Virus record (IMG/VR): IMGVR_UViG_3300029258_001409
Span: 1 to 61,408 of that record
Direction: 5' to 3' (one strand)
DNA: 61,408 bases
From: a virus
Lineage: Duplodnaviria > Caudoviricetes
Shown: one piece after another, positions 28,101 through 36,356 of the stretch
How positions within the stretch are numbered: the stretch's first letter is position 1
How the letters are laid out: every line of letters starts with the position of its first letter
Made by a program: the position numbers and the translations under genes
Notes under the pieces: generated by a model
What the model was told of the DNA's origin: nothing
Databases searched by the model: none
Seen by the model: the letters and a program-made list of their open reading frames with translations, nothing else

Positions 28101-31100
28101 TCGTGGGGGAGCCGCCATTCCACGAGCAGCGGGGCAAGCTACGGTCCCTGGCGAAATCCGTGGTGGTGAAGGCTGGCTGGGATGAATCGAAGCACCCGAG
28201 GGGGAGCACTGGCCGGTTCATCCGTGGGTTCGACCGGATGATTCGAGATCTGAAGGACAAGCGGGCTACATCGCTCCGCCATGTGCTTGCCGGGGCCAAA
28301 GACAGTACCGTCGTGCGATTCACGAAGCCACCGACGGTCGGCGTAGAAACGGCACAGGGGAAGAATCTCCTCTACAGAGAGGCGATCGTCCACCCGAGTG
28401 CGAAGTTCCCGGGCCGGTGGCAGATCACCTGGTTCGATACATACACACCCCAGGACGATGCCTCATGGGAGCCGAGCGGGGATGAGGAGTATCCAACGCG
28501 GAAAGCGGCGCTGAGAAGCATTGCCGGTGTCGGGACTCTTTCATTCGGCTATCCGGGGGAGTGGAAGGTGGCGCCCTTTGCTCGATCCATCATCGTCAGA
28601 TCAGCCTGGGATGAATCGAAGCACCCGCGAGTTCCAAAAGGGCAATCGGCTGGAGGTCAGTTCGGGATGTTCGGCGGCGCGGTGTCGTCGAAGGGCAAAA
28701 AGATCGTCCGGGTCCTGAGTGTGGTGGACACGCGTCAGTACGAAGAGCTGGGAGACAAGTTCCGGGCAATCCCTGGTTCTGGCCAGGAGAGCACCTGTTC
28801 CAGATGTGGGCGGACTCACGAGATCCATGCTGAGGTCGAGCTGGAGGATGGCAGCAGGGCGGTCGTGGGAACCGGCTGCATGAAGAAATCGGAGATGGCC
28901 GTCGCCTCGAAGGTGAAAAGCCTCACGAACACGGTGAAGACGATCGCCCGGAACCGCGCCAAGCTCGAGGCCCTGAAGGCAGAGAAGGCGCGGTGGGATG
29001 CTGCCTACGAAAAGATCGAGAAGAAACCTTTGCCGAAGATGACCGAGGCGACGAAGCCGATGCCCTACACGAAGCCCGAGCAGGGCCGGAACATGGTCGA
29101 ATTCAGTATGGGCCGCGGGGAAGGCCGGGCGACGACATTCTACGAAGTCTTGAATTCCAGGCACTCGGAGGACCCCGAGTACATCGAGAGTCGGTTACGT
29201 CGCTCCCGGAAAGACGCGATTGAGCGGCTTCCCGATGAATGGAGGAGGAAGCAAGTGCGGCTGCTGCTTGGGGAGAGCATGTGGAAGCCAAGGCCGGGGA
29301 CACTTGCCATCGAGGACCTGGAGAAGCGAATTGCCAAGCTGCAGAAGAAGGTAGATGAGGCAACGGCGCCGGTGGTTGTGAAGGCCGCCTGGGACGAATC
29401 CCGCCACCTAAGAGTTCCCAGAGGACAGGCGGCGGGCGGCCAGTTCATGGGCGGGGGAGCGGGAGCGATCTCCGAGAAGATCGTCCAGGTGATCGACACC
29501 GGGAAGACGCCGGACTACACAGACCTGAGCGGGGCTGGCGTCGTGGTCGAGGGCGAGATCGCCGCCACGCACATCACCGACGATCCCAGCGGGATCATCG
29601 AGATCCTGAAACAGGGGGGAAGGTTAGACCAGGGCGAAAAGGTGTGGCGAGAGCTGGGAGAGGGCCTGTATGCGAGTTCTGCCCCGCAGCTCTGGGTGGG
29701 CCGGGCGCCCGCGAAGTGGGAATTCCTTCAGGACCTGAAGCCCGAACAGAGGCGGGCGCTGGGGAATGCAATTCTGCAACACCCTCACATGACTGAACCG
29801 CACTACCTGACCGAATCCGAGCGGGATGTGGTCAAACGGGACGTGGGCTACGTGGTAGAGGGGAAGATGCACCCCGACATCCTGTCCATGTTCGCCGACC
29901 AGCCCTACAACATCGAGATATGGAGGCCGGAGTTCCTGAAGCCCCTGGGGATCGAGCCTTCGAACCGGCAACCCCTGGAGGTCCCCGTGAGGTTTCAGGG
30001 CAAGTTCGCCGAGCTCAGCGGATACCCGACAGAGGAAGAGCTGGCCCGGATGAAGGCTGCGGGATTCGCCGGGGCATTTCTACGCTCTGGATGGTCGCAC
30101 ATGCCGCAGATCGTGGTTTGGGACTCCTCGGCAGTTCGGAAGTTCGGAGAGTATGAACGCCCGTCGAAGGTCGTTGTGAAGGCTCTCCAGGGGCTCCCTC
30201 CTGGAGGGGAGTGGAAGACGATCCGGGGCTCCCGGGTCTACATCCACAACGGACGCATCGTGGCGGGCCCGGCAGCTCTCCAGGGCTTCGAGATGGGCCA
30301 GGCGAAGCAGACGGGGATCGCCCAGGGGGAGATTGATTTCTCGAAGCCAGCCGAAGGCGGGGACTCCTCACAGAAGCGCACCAGGACGCGAGCGAAGCCC
30401 GCCAAGGCAAAAGCACCGGCAGTACGACGTAGGAGTCGCCCGAAACACCTGGGAGGCTCTGGCATCAACGACGTGGGAGAGAAGATCGGCGGGGCCCGGA
30501 AGGACATCTGGTGGGACATAGCAGCCGGGCCCAGCAGCGGCGATCTCAAGGAATTGGAGAAGAACCCGGTTGAGGCACGCAGGCTCGTGTGCAAAGAGAA
30601 GATTCTTGGAAAGTTCACAGTGGATGCCCAGAGAGATCTGGGGAGGACCGGGGGAGCCGCTTACTTCTGGAAGAAGATCCACGGGGCCATCCTGGTGCGC
30701 CCATCCGATGACCCGATGCATCGGGCCCGGTACATGAGAGGCTGTCATCTGCTCCAGGAGGCTACCCAGAAGGCCAGAACCGTTGTGGACATGAAAGAAG
30801 CCATGTCGGGCCTGGTGGATCTCTGGAACAAGGACGAGGACGAGAGGGCGGCGCTCGGTAGCCTGGGCAAGAAATTCCGAACCCATGCCCTCGGGGGCGG
30901 ATACTCGAACACCCGGTGGAAGATCATGCGGGACGCCACGCACTATGAGGCGATGGAAAACGATCCCGACATGATCGCTCTCCTGGACCTGGTGAAGAAG
31001 CCGGAGGAGTTCCAGGCGCGGCTCCAGAAGAAGAATCCGATGCTGGCGGCCCAACTCAAGGCCCGCCCATCGCTCATGGGACAGGTACTGGCCCGCATCG

Positions 31101-34100
31101 ACCCCTGGGGGTGGGCTACGAAGGCAGATGGGGGCACTGGAGAGAGGAAGAAACGGAAGCGGGTCATCCGGCCCGTTCCCCAGGAGGCGCGCAGGAGCGG
31201 AAAGAAGCTGCATCAGTATCCCGTCCCCTCGCCCGAGGAATTGATCGAGCAGTACGGCCTCCGGGGAGCCGAGTTCGGCAATTGGGTGAACGATCGCCAT
31301 AGGCAATGGCATGTATGGCAGGCCCACATGGCATTCGGGGATCTCGCCCAGGTCCTCGGAATCGAACCGGCGCAGGTGAGCGGTCGGGGGAACCTGGGAA
31401 TCGGATTCGGGGCCCGAGGGACCGGATGGGCTGCGGCGCATTACGAACCGGCCAAGGTCGTAATGAACCTCACGAGAAACCGTGGCGGCGGATGCCTCGC
31501 ACATGAGTGGGGTCACTTCCTCGATAACTTCCTGGCCGGGGCGCGAGCGAAAAAGCCCTCCACCAGATGGATCAGTCACTTTGGCGACCGCGTGGCGCTC
31601 GGCAAGGAACGAACGATCGACAAGGATCTGGAAAAGGCGATCACAGGCGTGATGAAGGCAATCAAAGAGAAGCCCGTGGACACCAGATCCGAGAAGACGC
31701 AGTACACCGCCATCTCGAAGCGCGGAATTGAGCAGGCCGAGAAAGCAATGCCGCCACATCTGCGGGCCACCGACGAGAATTCCGCTCAGATCATGCGCGC
31801 CCTGAATCTGTTCCGGGAGTGGGTGGGCCCGACGCACAAGCCCCATGCTGTCATGGGCGGGAGGAAAAGGAAACCGACGATCGCCGAGGCCGTGAGGATG
31901 ATCTACACCACGCCCGGGCTCAACATTACCCGGAAGTCTCCGACAACGGTAGCCGCGGAAATGAAGCGGGCACTATTCAAGGGCCCCGAGGCTCTACCGA
32001 AGGCGAAGTTCACGAAGGACGACCATGCCGCGGTCGACGCGCTGGTCCATGCCCTCTCGCCCAAGAGCAAGCTCAGCAGCTACGCGCTGATTCGCTGGGC
32101 TCGGGACATGGACGATGCGTACAAGGCCGCTGACAATACCATGAAATGGGTGGAGTCCAGGAAGCAGATCTCCGAAAAACACACGCTGACCACCACATCT
32201 GACTTCCTGCGACGTTCCCGGAAGCTCTCGAAGTCAGGTGACTATTGGCAGCGTCCCCATGAGATGTTCGCCAGGGCATTCGAAGCCTACGTGCAAGACC
32301 GCCTTGGAGCCATGGGGGCTGAGAACACCTATCTCGTGTTCGGGACGCGCGAGGGGGACTACGATCCAGATATCCCGCATCCCTACCCGCTCGGAGAGGA
32401 GCGGAAGGCCATCAACGCCTCGATGGACAATCTCCTGAAGGTGCTGAGGAAGAAGAAGCGTCTGCTGAAGGCGCTGGTCGATACCGCCGCCTTCGCATTC
32501 TCCGGTCATCCGGTGGTCGTGAAGGCATTCATGCTGAAGCCGGGAGAGACATTCCCCGTCTGGAGGACGATCCGCGGCACGAAGGTCCAGATTGGCCCAG
32601 GTGGAGTCATCATGAAGGGCCCGGATGCTCTGCGGGGTACGAAGGTCACGGGCCTGGGGGTCTCGGAGAAACCGAAGATTGCTGGGGTGAAGGTCCGGGG
32701 AGGGCGATCATTCCAGGAGACACTGCGGGGCCCGGGAGAGGCCAAGTGGATCACTCTTGCGCCATCGACCTACACGATGGGAGAGGAGCGGCTGCATCGC
32801 GTCAAGGTGAAGGGTGAGTGGATTGTCTCCGGGCGATTCAAGGGGATGCGCGTGGAGGACATGGTTCGTCACGGGCGCCTGAGAGAATCGAAGCGGTACA
32901 TCTACGACCCCGAGACCGGCGCCGTGGAGAAGATGCAAGTCAGGGCTGCTGACGGGCGCATGTACTGGCGAGTCAAGGGGCAGGCGATGGCGATACGGAA
33001 AGGCAATCGCCTCCTGGTCATGCTTCCGGCCAGCATGACGAAGGAACGAGTGACACTGGAGAAGATGGGCTTCGGCAAGCGCAGCGGAAACCAGTTCTGG
33101 GTGACGCCGAAGGACTTCGACCAGGTGGCCGATGTGTTGGGCGGCTTGTCGCTCGACCACCATGCGGATCACTTCCTGAAATCCTTCGCTGACCAGGAGG
33201 CCAAGCGTGAGTCCTACCGCGAAGCCGAGAGCATGAAGGAACTCCAGGCGTTCAACATGGGCCAGGTTCCCGGCCTGCGCCCGAACGGAGATCCGAGGAC
33301 CGGCATCGGCAGAATCGACCACCTTCACGAGTACCAACTGAGGGGCATCCACTGGTTCTGCAATACAGGTTCCGGGATTATGGGCTGGGACATGGGCATG
33401 GGGAAAACGATTGGCTCGATCGCGGCGATGATGCGTCTTTCCGCAGACGGGAAATTGAAAGAGAACGGCAGAAATGGCCGCGTGCTTGTCATTGTGCCGC
33501 CCAACCTCAGAGATAACTTCGCCGAGGATGTGGGCAAGTACACCAGCGCGTCTGTATCGCTCGATGGCAAGGACCCGAGCGCCATGTTCCAGGTAACATC
33601 CTACGAGATGTTTACCCGACATCCCGAGCGGTTCAAGGGGCAGTGGGGCGCCCTCGTGATGGACGAGGCCCATTACATCAAGCGGGACTCGAAACGGACC
33701 CGCCAGATCCACGCGAGCCTCATGGATGTGCCCTTCAAGATGGCATTGACGGGGACGCCGATGACGGTCTCTCCGCTGGATCTCTACAACATCGTGGCGT
33801 TCGTTGCCCCGGAAGGACTCTACAGCCAGACGGAGTTCAAGCAGAAGTTCATGCTCATGGAGGGCGGTCGCTGCATTGGGATCAATCCTGAGCACCTGGA
33901 CGAGCTCCGCGGGTGGGCGAAGAAGTATTGCCTCTACCTGCGGGCGGAGGACTGGCTGAAGAAACTCCCGAAGGCCACTCCAGTCAATCAGTCTCATGTG
34001 AACATCGGAATGACGCCGGGCCAGGCACGGCTCTACGAGCGGTGGACGAAGGTGAACGAGCGTATCGAGGCGAAGATGTATGCCCGCCTCCAGGCCGAAA

Positions 34101-34924
34101 CCGGACAGAAGAATCCGACCATGACGGATGAAGACCGGGATCGGCTGAGGAAGATGGTATCTGACACGATCAGCGTGAAGGGGAAGCGCGTTCGAGTGCA
34201 GGGCGAGCGGGTATGGCAGACACTCAGGACGATCGAGAACACTCCGGGAGCGATAGATCCGAGACTGGCCGGTGAGAACCCCAAGCTGGACGCCATGATG
34301 GAGCTCATCCAACAGCATCAGGCGAAACCCAAGATGCGCTCCGGGGAACCAACCAAGCGGGGGAAGACGATCATCTTTGCGGGCTCAGTGGCCCTACAGA
34401 AGGCCATCATTGAGCGGCTGAAGAAAGAGCATGGCGAGCAGTCGATGTGCGGGGTGGTTCACGACGGGAATTTCGTTGGCGGGCGGAGGGTGTCATCGAA
34501 GGACACGGCAGCGGTGGTGGATCACTTCAACAACGATCCTGATGCTCAATTCGTGGTGCTCTCGACCAAGCGGGGCAAGGAAGGGTTGAATCTCCAGTCT
34601 GCCAGCCAGGTGATTCATGTCGATCAGCCATTCACCCATGCAGATCACCGGCAGGCCACGGCACGCGCCGTGAGACAGGGCAATCAATATGAGTCCGTTG
34701 ACGTTCACACCATCGTGATTCATCCACCGAAGCACTTGGGCGTGGAGTCGGTGGACCAGGGCACGACCAGGAGGAATATCGAGCGGGAGCGCATGGTCAA
34801 TCAGCTCCTCGGCGGCGAGGTTCCGGCTTCGGCTGGCATGAGTTCGTCGCAATACAGGAGGGTATACAGCAGTGACATTGAAAAAGCAAAACAGCAGGGG
34901 GTCAGGGTCCGCCCCGCCGCCTAG
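25106..34924 (+). CDS. 3272-aa polyvalent polyprotein: ParB, JAB/RadC, two unknown domains, ART-like, zincin/LPD1, SNF2 helicase
   Basis: AGERRFRA/IENLQRKDL; HNHPAG..SLGD; GEGLYAS; AHEWGH, EMFARAFE, YPLGEER; DMGMGKT, DEAH, LTGTP, EGLNLQ. Confidence 0.9.
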   Translation: MGNDAEFEPGMVMTVIVKAVQRNLPPGGQWKTIRGSRVFIKDGRVVAGPAALRGMEMRQQPAVAASGAEEGTLHPKFPMEKIQADPTQARKHFDDESLRELAESIKEHGLVQPVTVRPMGDDKFQIVAGERRFRAHQLLGAKHIRALVEPMGQERARSVQLIENLQRKDLNPMEEAHGYADAMAENQWDIEHLAKMVKKSPATIEGKLSLRNLLPEFQGLVQKGQLSETHGRQVAKLKPDWQRKAFRQIVDRDLTTTQTKKVVEGLLASQQAEEATQGMGLFSAEVMEKLDTMTTREQRVFADRLQRFFASAERFLSGVQDKRTQGLTGAFLKGDLERKRDMIRAIRKELRRVEGELEAHMAREKEGGTARAKTAVNVVSKVRKAKKKRRRRVTKALALPVVVKAAERNLPSGGEWKTIRGSRVYIHNGRVVAGPASLHGLQIGQAPRSKGSQMPWPKEPTWANDKTGITMVPIIGAQATLESSGVGLMAMRVEPIAGWRKTRYVVTDNPTPPPQLVLFPQLRARDTYYQYHDAATWAGLKKKAQALWDAQVQEHEKRTGKATREGSESEIFRARIEREISETKAGKRRTPIEMGQVQSGQALKFPPMGGAPPPAVKVRGRTGVARLQATKVKRIPGFVKIRGSFCNTPERAAGICSEIRRIDRETVWTVHCDERDRPTSCELTSLGAMEKTTFHPRDVLKISAQVGAKSVWLVHNHPAGNVTPSLGDVLAFRASQLAGEAVGIKVSDLVVIGSGGRATSTARFVETCKANGLSPDSDASWEENHGRFLEIGQQVSFKVSEQKKAEPVVPQVGGTLWRGKLPEGMSETVATDQEAARLVGHASNPNKFSVVAIHGNLDGAVNCVEVYAAKGREPGHIQRAMQDAIDGIPQTSVRTSSSHVFIGFGFPEGGPGGSFLRDAQGKPTAAGEVIIGSGPEMLKGVGQKLNSAFIRVADVVSVEGDRWAARTTLGRQNAFQRYPWDVPDPHPRNEEFTQEQYAFVGEPPFHEQRGKLRSLAKSVVVKAGWDESKHPRGSTGRFIRGFDRMIRDLKDKRATSLRHVLAGAKDSTVVRFTKPPTVGVETAQGKNLLYREAIVHPSAKFPGRWQITWFDTYTPQDDASWEPSGDEEYPTRKAALRSIAGVGTLSFGYPGEWKVAPFARSIIVRSAWDESKHPRVPKGQSAGGQFGMFGGAVSSKGKKIVRVLSVVDTRQYEELGDKFRAIPGSGQESTCSRCGRTHEIHAEVELEDGSRAVVGTGCMKKSEMAVASKVKSLTNTVKTIARNRAKLEALKAEKARWDAAYEKIEKKPLPKMTEATKPMPYTKPEQGRNMVEFSMGRGEGRATTFYEVLNSRHSEDPEYIESRLRRSRKDAIERLPDEWRRKQVRLLLGESMWKPRPGTLAIEDLEKRIAKLQKKVDEATAPVVVKAAWDESRHLRVPRGQAAGGQFMGGGAGAISEKIVQVIDTGKTPDYTDLSGAGVVVEGEIAATHITDDPSGIIEILKQGGRLDQGEKVWRELGEGLYASSAPQLWVGRAPAKWEFLQDLKPEQRRALGNAILQHPHMTEPHYLTESERDVVKRDVGYVVEGKMHPDILSMFADQPYNIEIWRPEFLKPLGIEPSNRQPLEVPVRFQGKFAELSGYPTEEELARMKAAGFAGAFLRSGWSHMPQIVVWDSSAVRKFGEYERPSKVVVKALQGLPPGGEWKTIRGSRVYIHNGRIVAGPAALQGFEMGQAKQTGIAQGEIDFSKPAEGGDSSQKRTRTRAKPAKAKAPAVRRRSRPKHLGGSGINDVGEKIGGARKDIWWDIAAGPSSGDLKELEKNPVEARRLVCKEKILGKFTVDAQRDLGRTGGAAYFWKKIHGAILVRPSDDPMHRARYMRGCHLLQEATQKARTVVDMKEAMSGLVDLWNKDEDERAALGSLGKKFRTHALGGGYSNTRWKIMRDATHYEAMENDPDMIALLDLVKKPEEFQARLQKKNPMLAAQLKARPSLMGQVLARIDPWGWATKADGGTGERKKRKRVIRPVPQEARRSGKKLHQYPVPSPEELIEQYGLRGAEFGNWVNDRHRQWHVWQAHMAFGDLAQVLGIEPAQVSGRGNLGIGFGARGTGWAAAHYEPAKVVMNLTRNRGGGCLAHEWGHFLDNFLAGARAKKPSTRWISHFGDRVALGKERTIDKDLEKAITGVMKAIKEKPVDTRSEKTQYTAISKRGIEQAEKAMPPHLRATDENSAQIMRALNLFREWVGPTHKPHAVMGGRKRKPTIAEAVRMIYTTPGLNITRKSPTTVAAEMKRALFKGPEALPKAKFTKDDHAAVDALVHALSPKSKLSSYALIRWARDMDDAYKAADNTMKWVESRKQISEKHTLTTTSDFLRRSRKLSKSGDYWQRPHEMFARAFEAYVQDRLGAMGAENTYLVFGTREGDYDPDIPHPYPLGEERKAINASMDNLLKVLRKKKRLLKALVDTAAFAFSGHPVVVKAFMLKPGETFPVWRTIRGTKVQIGPGGVIMKGPDALRGTKVTGLGVSEKPKIAGVKVRGGRSFQETLRGPGEAKWITLAPSTYTMGEERLHRVKVKGEWIVSGRFKGMRVEDMVRHGRLRESKRYIYDPETGAVEKMQVRAADGRMYWRVKGQAMAIRKGNRLLVMLPASMTKERVTLEKMGFGKRSGNQFWVTPKDFDQVADVLGGLSLDHHADHFLKSFADQEAKRESYREAESMKELQAFNMGQVPGLRPNGDPRTGIGRIDHLHEYQLRGIHWFCNTGSGIMGWDMGMGKTIGSIAAMMRLSADGKLKENGRNGRVLVIVPPNLRDNFAEDVGKYTSASVSLDGKDPSAMFQVTSYEMFTRHPERFKGQWGALVMDEAHYIKRDSKRTRQIHASLMDVPFKMALTGTPMTVSPLDLYNIVAFVAPEGLYSQTEFKQKFMLMEGGRCIGINPEHLDELRGWAKKYCLYLRAEDWLKKLPKATPVNQSHVNIGMTPGQARLYERWTKVNERIEAKMYARLQAETGQKNPTMTDEDRDRLRKMVSDTISVKGKRVRVQGERVWQTLRTIENTPGAIDPRLAGENPKLDAMMELIQQHQAKPKMRSGEPTKRGKTIIFAGSVALQKAIIERLKKEHGEQSMCGVVHDGNFVGGRRVSSKDTAAVVDHFNNDPDAQFVVLSTKRGKEGLNLQSASQVIHVDQPFTHADHRQATARAVRQGNQYESVDVHTIVIHPPKHLGVESVDQGTTRRNIERERMVNQLLGGEVPASAGMSSSQYRRVYSSDIEKAKQQGVRVRPAA
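25148..32640 (+). repeat. Dispersed type-A tag repeats (VVKA..W[KR]TIRG..GP.AL) at about 25148, 26306, 30170, 32513
   Basis: Visible in protein and DNA; 26341-26385 vs 30202-30246 differ at 1 of 45 nt. Confidence 0.9.
28160..29446 (+). repeat. Dispersed type-B tag repeats (VV[KR][AS].WDES.H.R...G.F) at about 28160, 28589, 29372
   Basis: ctgggatgaatcgaagcacccg identical at 28177 and 28606. Confidence 0.9.
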
Positions 34925-34931
34925 CGAGGAC

Positions 34932-35225
34932 ATGGTTCCCGTAACTACACGAGCGCAGGAAGCGGGAGACGTGCAGCTCTTGTCTGAGTCCGGTCCCTTC
35001 CCGCTCGACGCGTATCGAAATCTTCAGAATCGGAACCAGGCCCTGGGGTGCCTGATCTGGTTTTCGGAGGAGTACAACCGCCGCAATCTGCGTGTGGAGG
35101 ACGGGCTGACAGACGAGCAGATTCGGGGGCTTTGGAGGGATCTGTACGAGGCTTGTGTTCGATTCAAGGTGCCCCTGGACGGGGAGCACATGGCGAGAGC
35201 GAAAAAGCTGGGGGTCCTACGATGA
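34932..35225 (+). CDS. Hypothetical head-region protein
   Basis: GAGGA RBS; ATGA overlap with next gene. Confidence 0.6.
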   Translation: MVPVTTRAQEAGDVQLLSESGPFPLDAYRNLQNRNQALGCLIWFSEEYNRRNLRVEDGLTDEQIRGLWRDLYEACVRFKVPLDGEHMARAKKLGVLR

Positions 35226-36352
35226 TTCGCATTCAGGCATCACCGACGACAACCAAGTCTGTCCATCTTCGAAAGGGCGAGACCTATCCCGTATGGAGAA
35301 CTGTCCGTGGTGCGAAGGTCCGCATTCGGGATGCCTCTGGGACGGTCTCCGCAGGACCCGCGGCCCTGAAGGGAAGGAAGATCGGCGGGGCAAAGGTATC
35401 GAGGGCGGAGAGGGTGCCCCGAGCAGAGCGCCGGTCGGCCATGCGATCGCATCTGGCATCCCAGGAGAGCGCAGCGAAGTGGAATCGGACCCTTCGCCAG
35501 AAGGGCATCACGAGCACCACACACAGCAGCGAGACCTATGTTCCCCCGCGACCTGGTCGGGCCGGGATGATTATTCCTCCTGGTCGGAGATCCACACCCA
35601 GACACACACCGGCCCTCCCCGGCGTGAAGCGCAAGGGACTTCTCGGATCGACGCGCACGAAGCGTGCTCCCTCCCCCGGCTCCGGGAAGGCAAAGGCGAT
35701 GGAGATGGAGCAGGTGGAGCGCAGAAAGGCGACATCGAAAGAGCCTGAAGAGCGTGAGGCCACCCTTCGGGCCGAACAGGAGGGAAAGGCCGCTAAGGCG
35801 AAACGGAAGACCATGCGACGGGCCCAGGAGCGGTATGCGGATCGCCTGACGAAGAAACATGGCCCGGATGTCGAGGCGGCGAAGCGGGAAGCCACCGCTG
35901 AGGCATCCACCAGGATTCGACCGAAGCCGCTCTCCCCGAGTGAGAAGGCCGCCGTGAAGAAACAGCCTCCATGGCCCAGCCCGAGAGAGTCGATTGCCTC
36001 TGGGGCTCGGAACATCATCGGGAAGCGATCCGTGAAGCGTAAGACCGCCCTTGGGGGCGGAGGTCGCGTGGCGTCGGTGCCGAAACCCGGATCGAAGAAA
36101 GCCATCGAAATGGGCCAAGTGAGAAGTGCCGGCCGCGGTGGGTTTTCGAATCCAGAGGCCCAGGCGGCCAGGATCGCGAATACGAATGCGGCACAGTCGA
36201 TCGAGAGCCATATCAGTTTCGCCGATCGAATGGCCCAGACGGGGGCGACGCCCAACGAGAGGATCGGCTGGCAGCAGGTAGCGAATGCCCTGCGGACGAT
36301 GAAGCGCCGCGGGGAATATACGGTCGGCGTGGGGGTCCACGCGAGGGGATAG
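35222..36352 (+). CDS. Very basic protein carrying a type-A tag (candidate internal head protein)
   Basis: TTKS...GETYPVWRTVRGAKVRI...AGPAALKG; K/R/A/P-rich. Confidence 0.7.
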   Translation: MIRIQASPTTTKSVHLRKGETYPVWRTVRGAKVRIRDASGTVSAGPAALKGRKIGGAKVSRAERVPRAERRSAMRSHLASQESAAKWNRTLRQKGITSTTHSSETYVPPRPGRAGMIIPPGRRSTPRHTPALPGVKRKGLLGSTRTKRAPSPGSGKAKAMEMEQVERRKATSKEPEEREATLRAEQEGKAAKAKRKTMRRAQERYADRLTKKHGPDVEAAKREATAEASTRIRPKPLSPSEKAAVKKQPPWPSPRESIASGARNIIGKRSVKRKTALGGGGRVASVPKPGSKKAIEMGQVRSAGRGGFSNPEAQAARIANTNAAQSIESHISFADRMAQTGATPNERIGWQQVANALRTMKRRGEYTVGVGVHARG

Positions 36353-36356
36353 GGCC

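Noticed and set aside
25148-32640. Tag repeats as CRISPR, DGR template/variable repeats or inteins
   Set aside because: In-frame coding repeats kilobases apart; no reverse transcriptase, adenine-specific mismatch pattern or intein terminal motifs seen
22572-34318. Long minus-strand ORFs (e.g. 22572..23939, 30368..31846, 32708..34318)
   Set aside because: Antisense shadows of GC-rich plus-strand genes; no motifs
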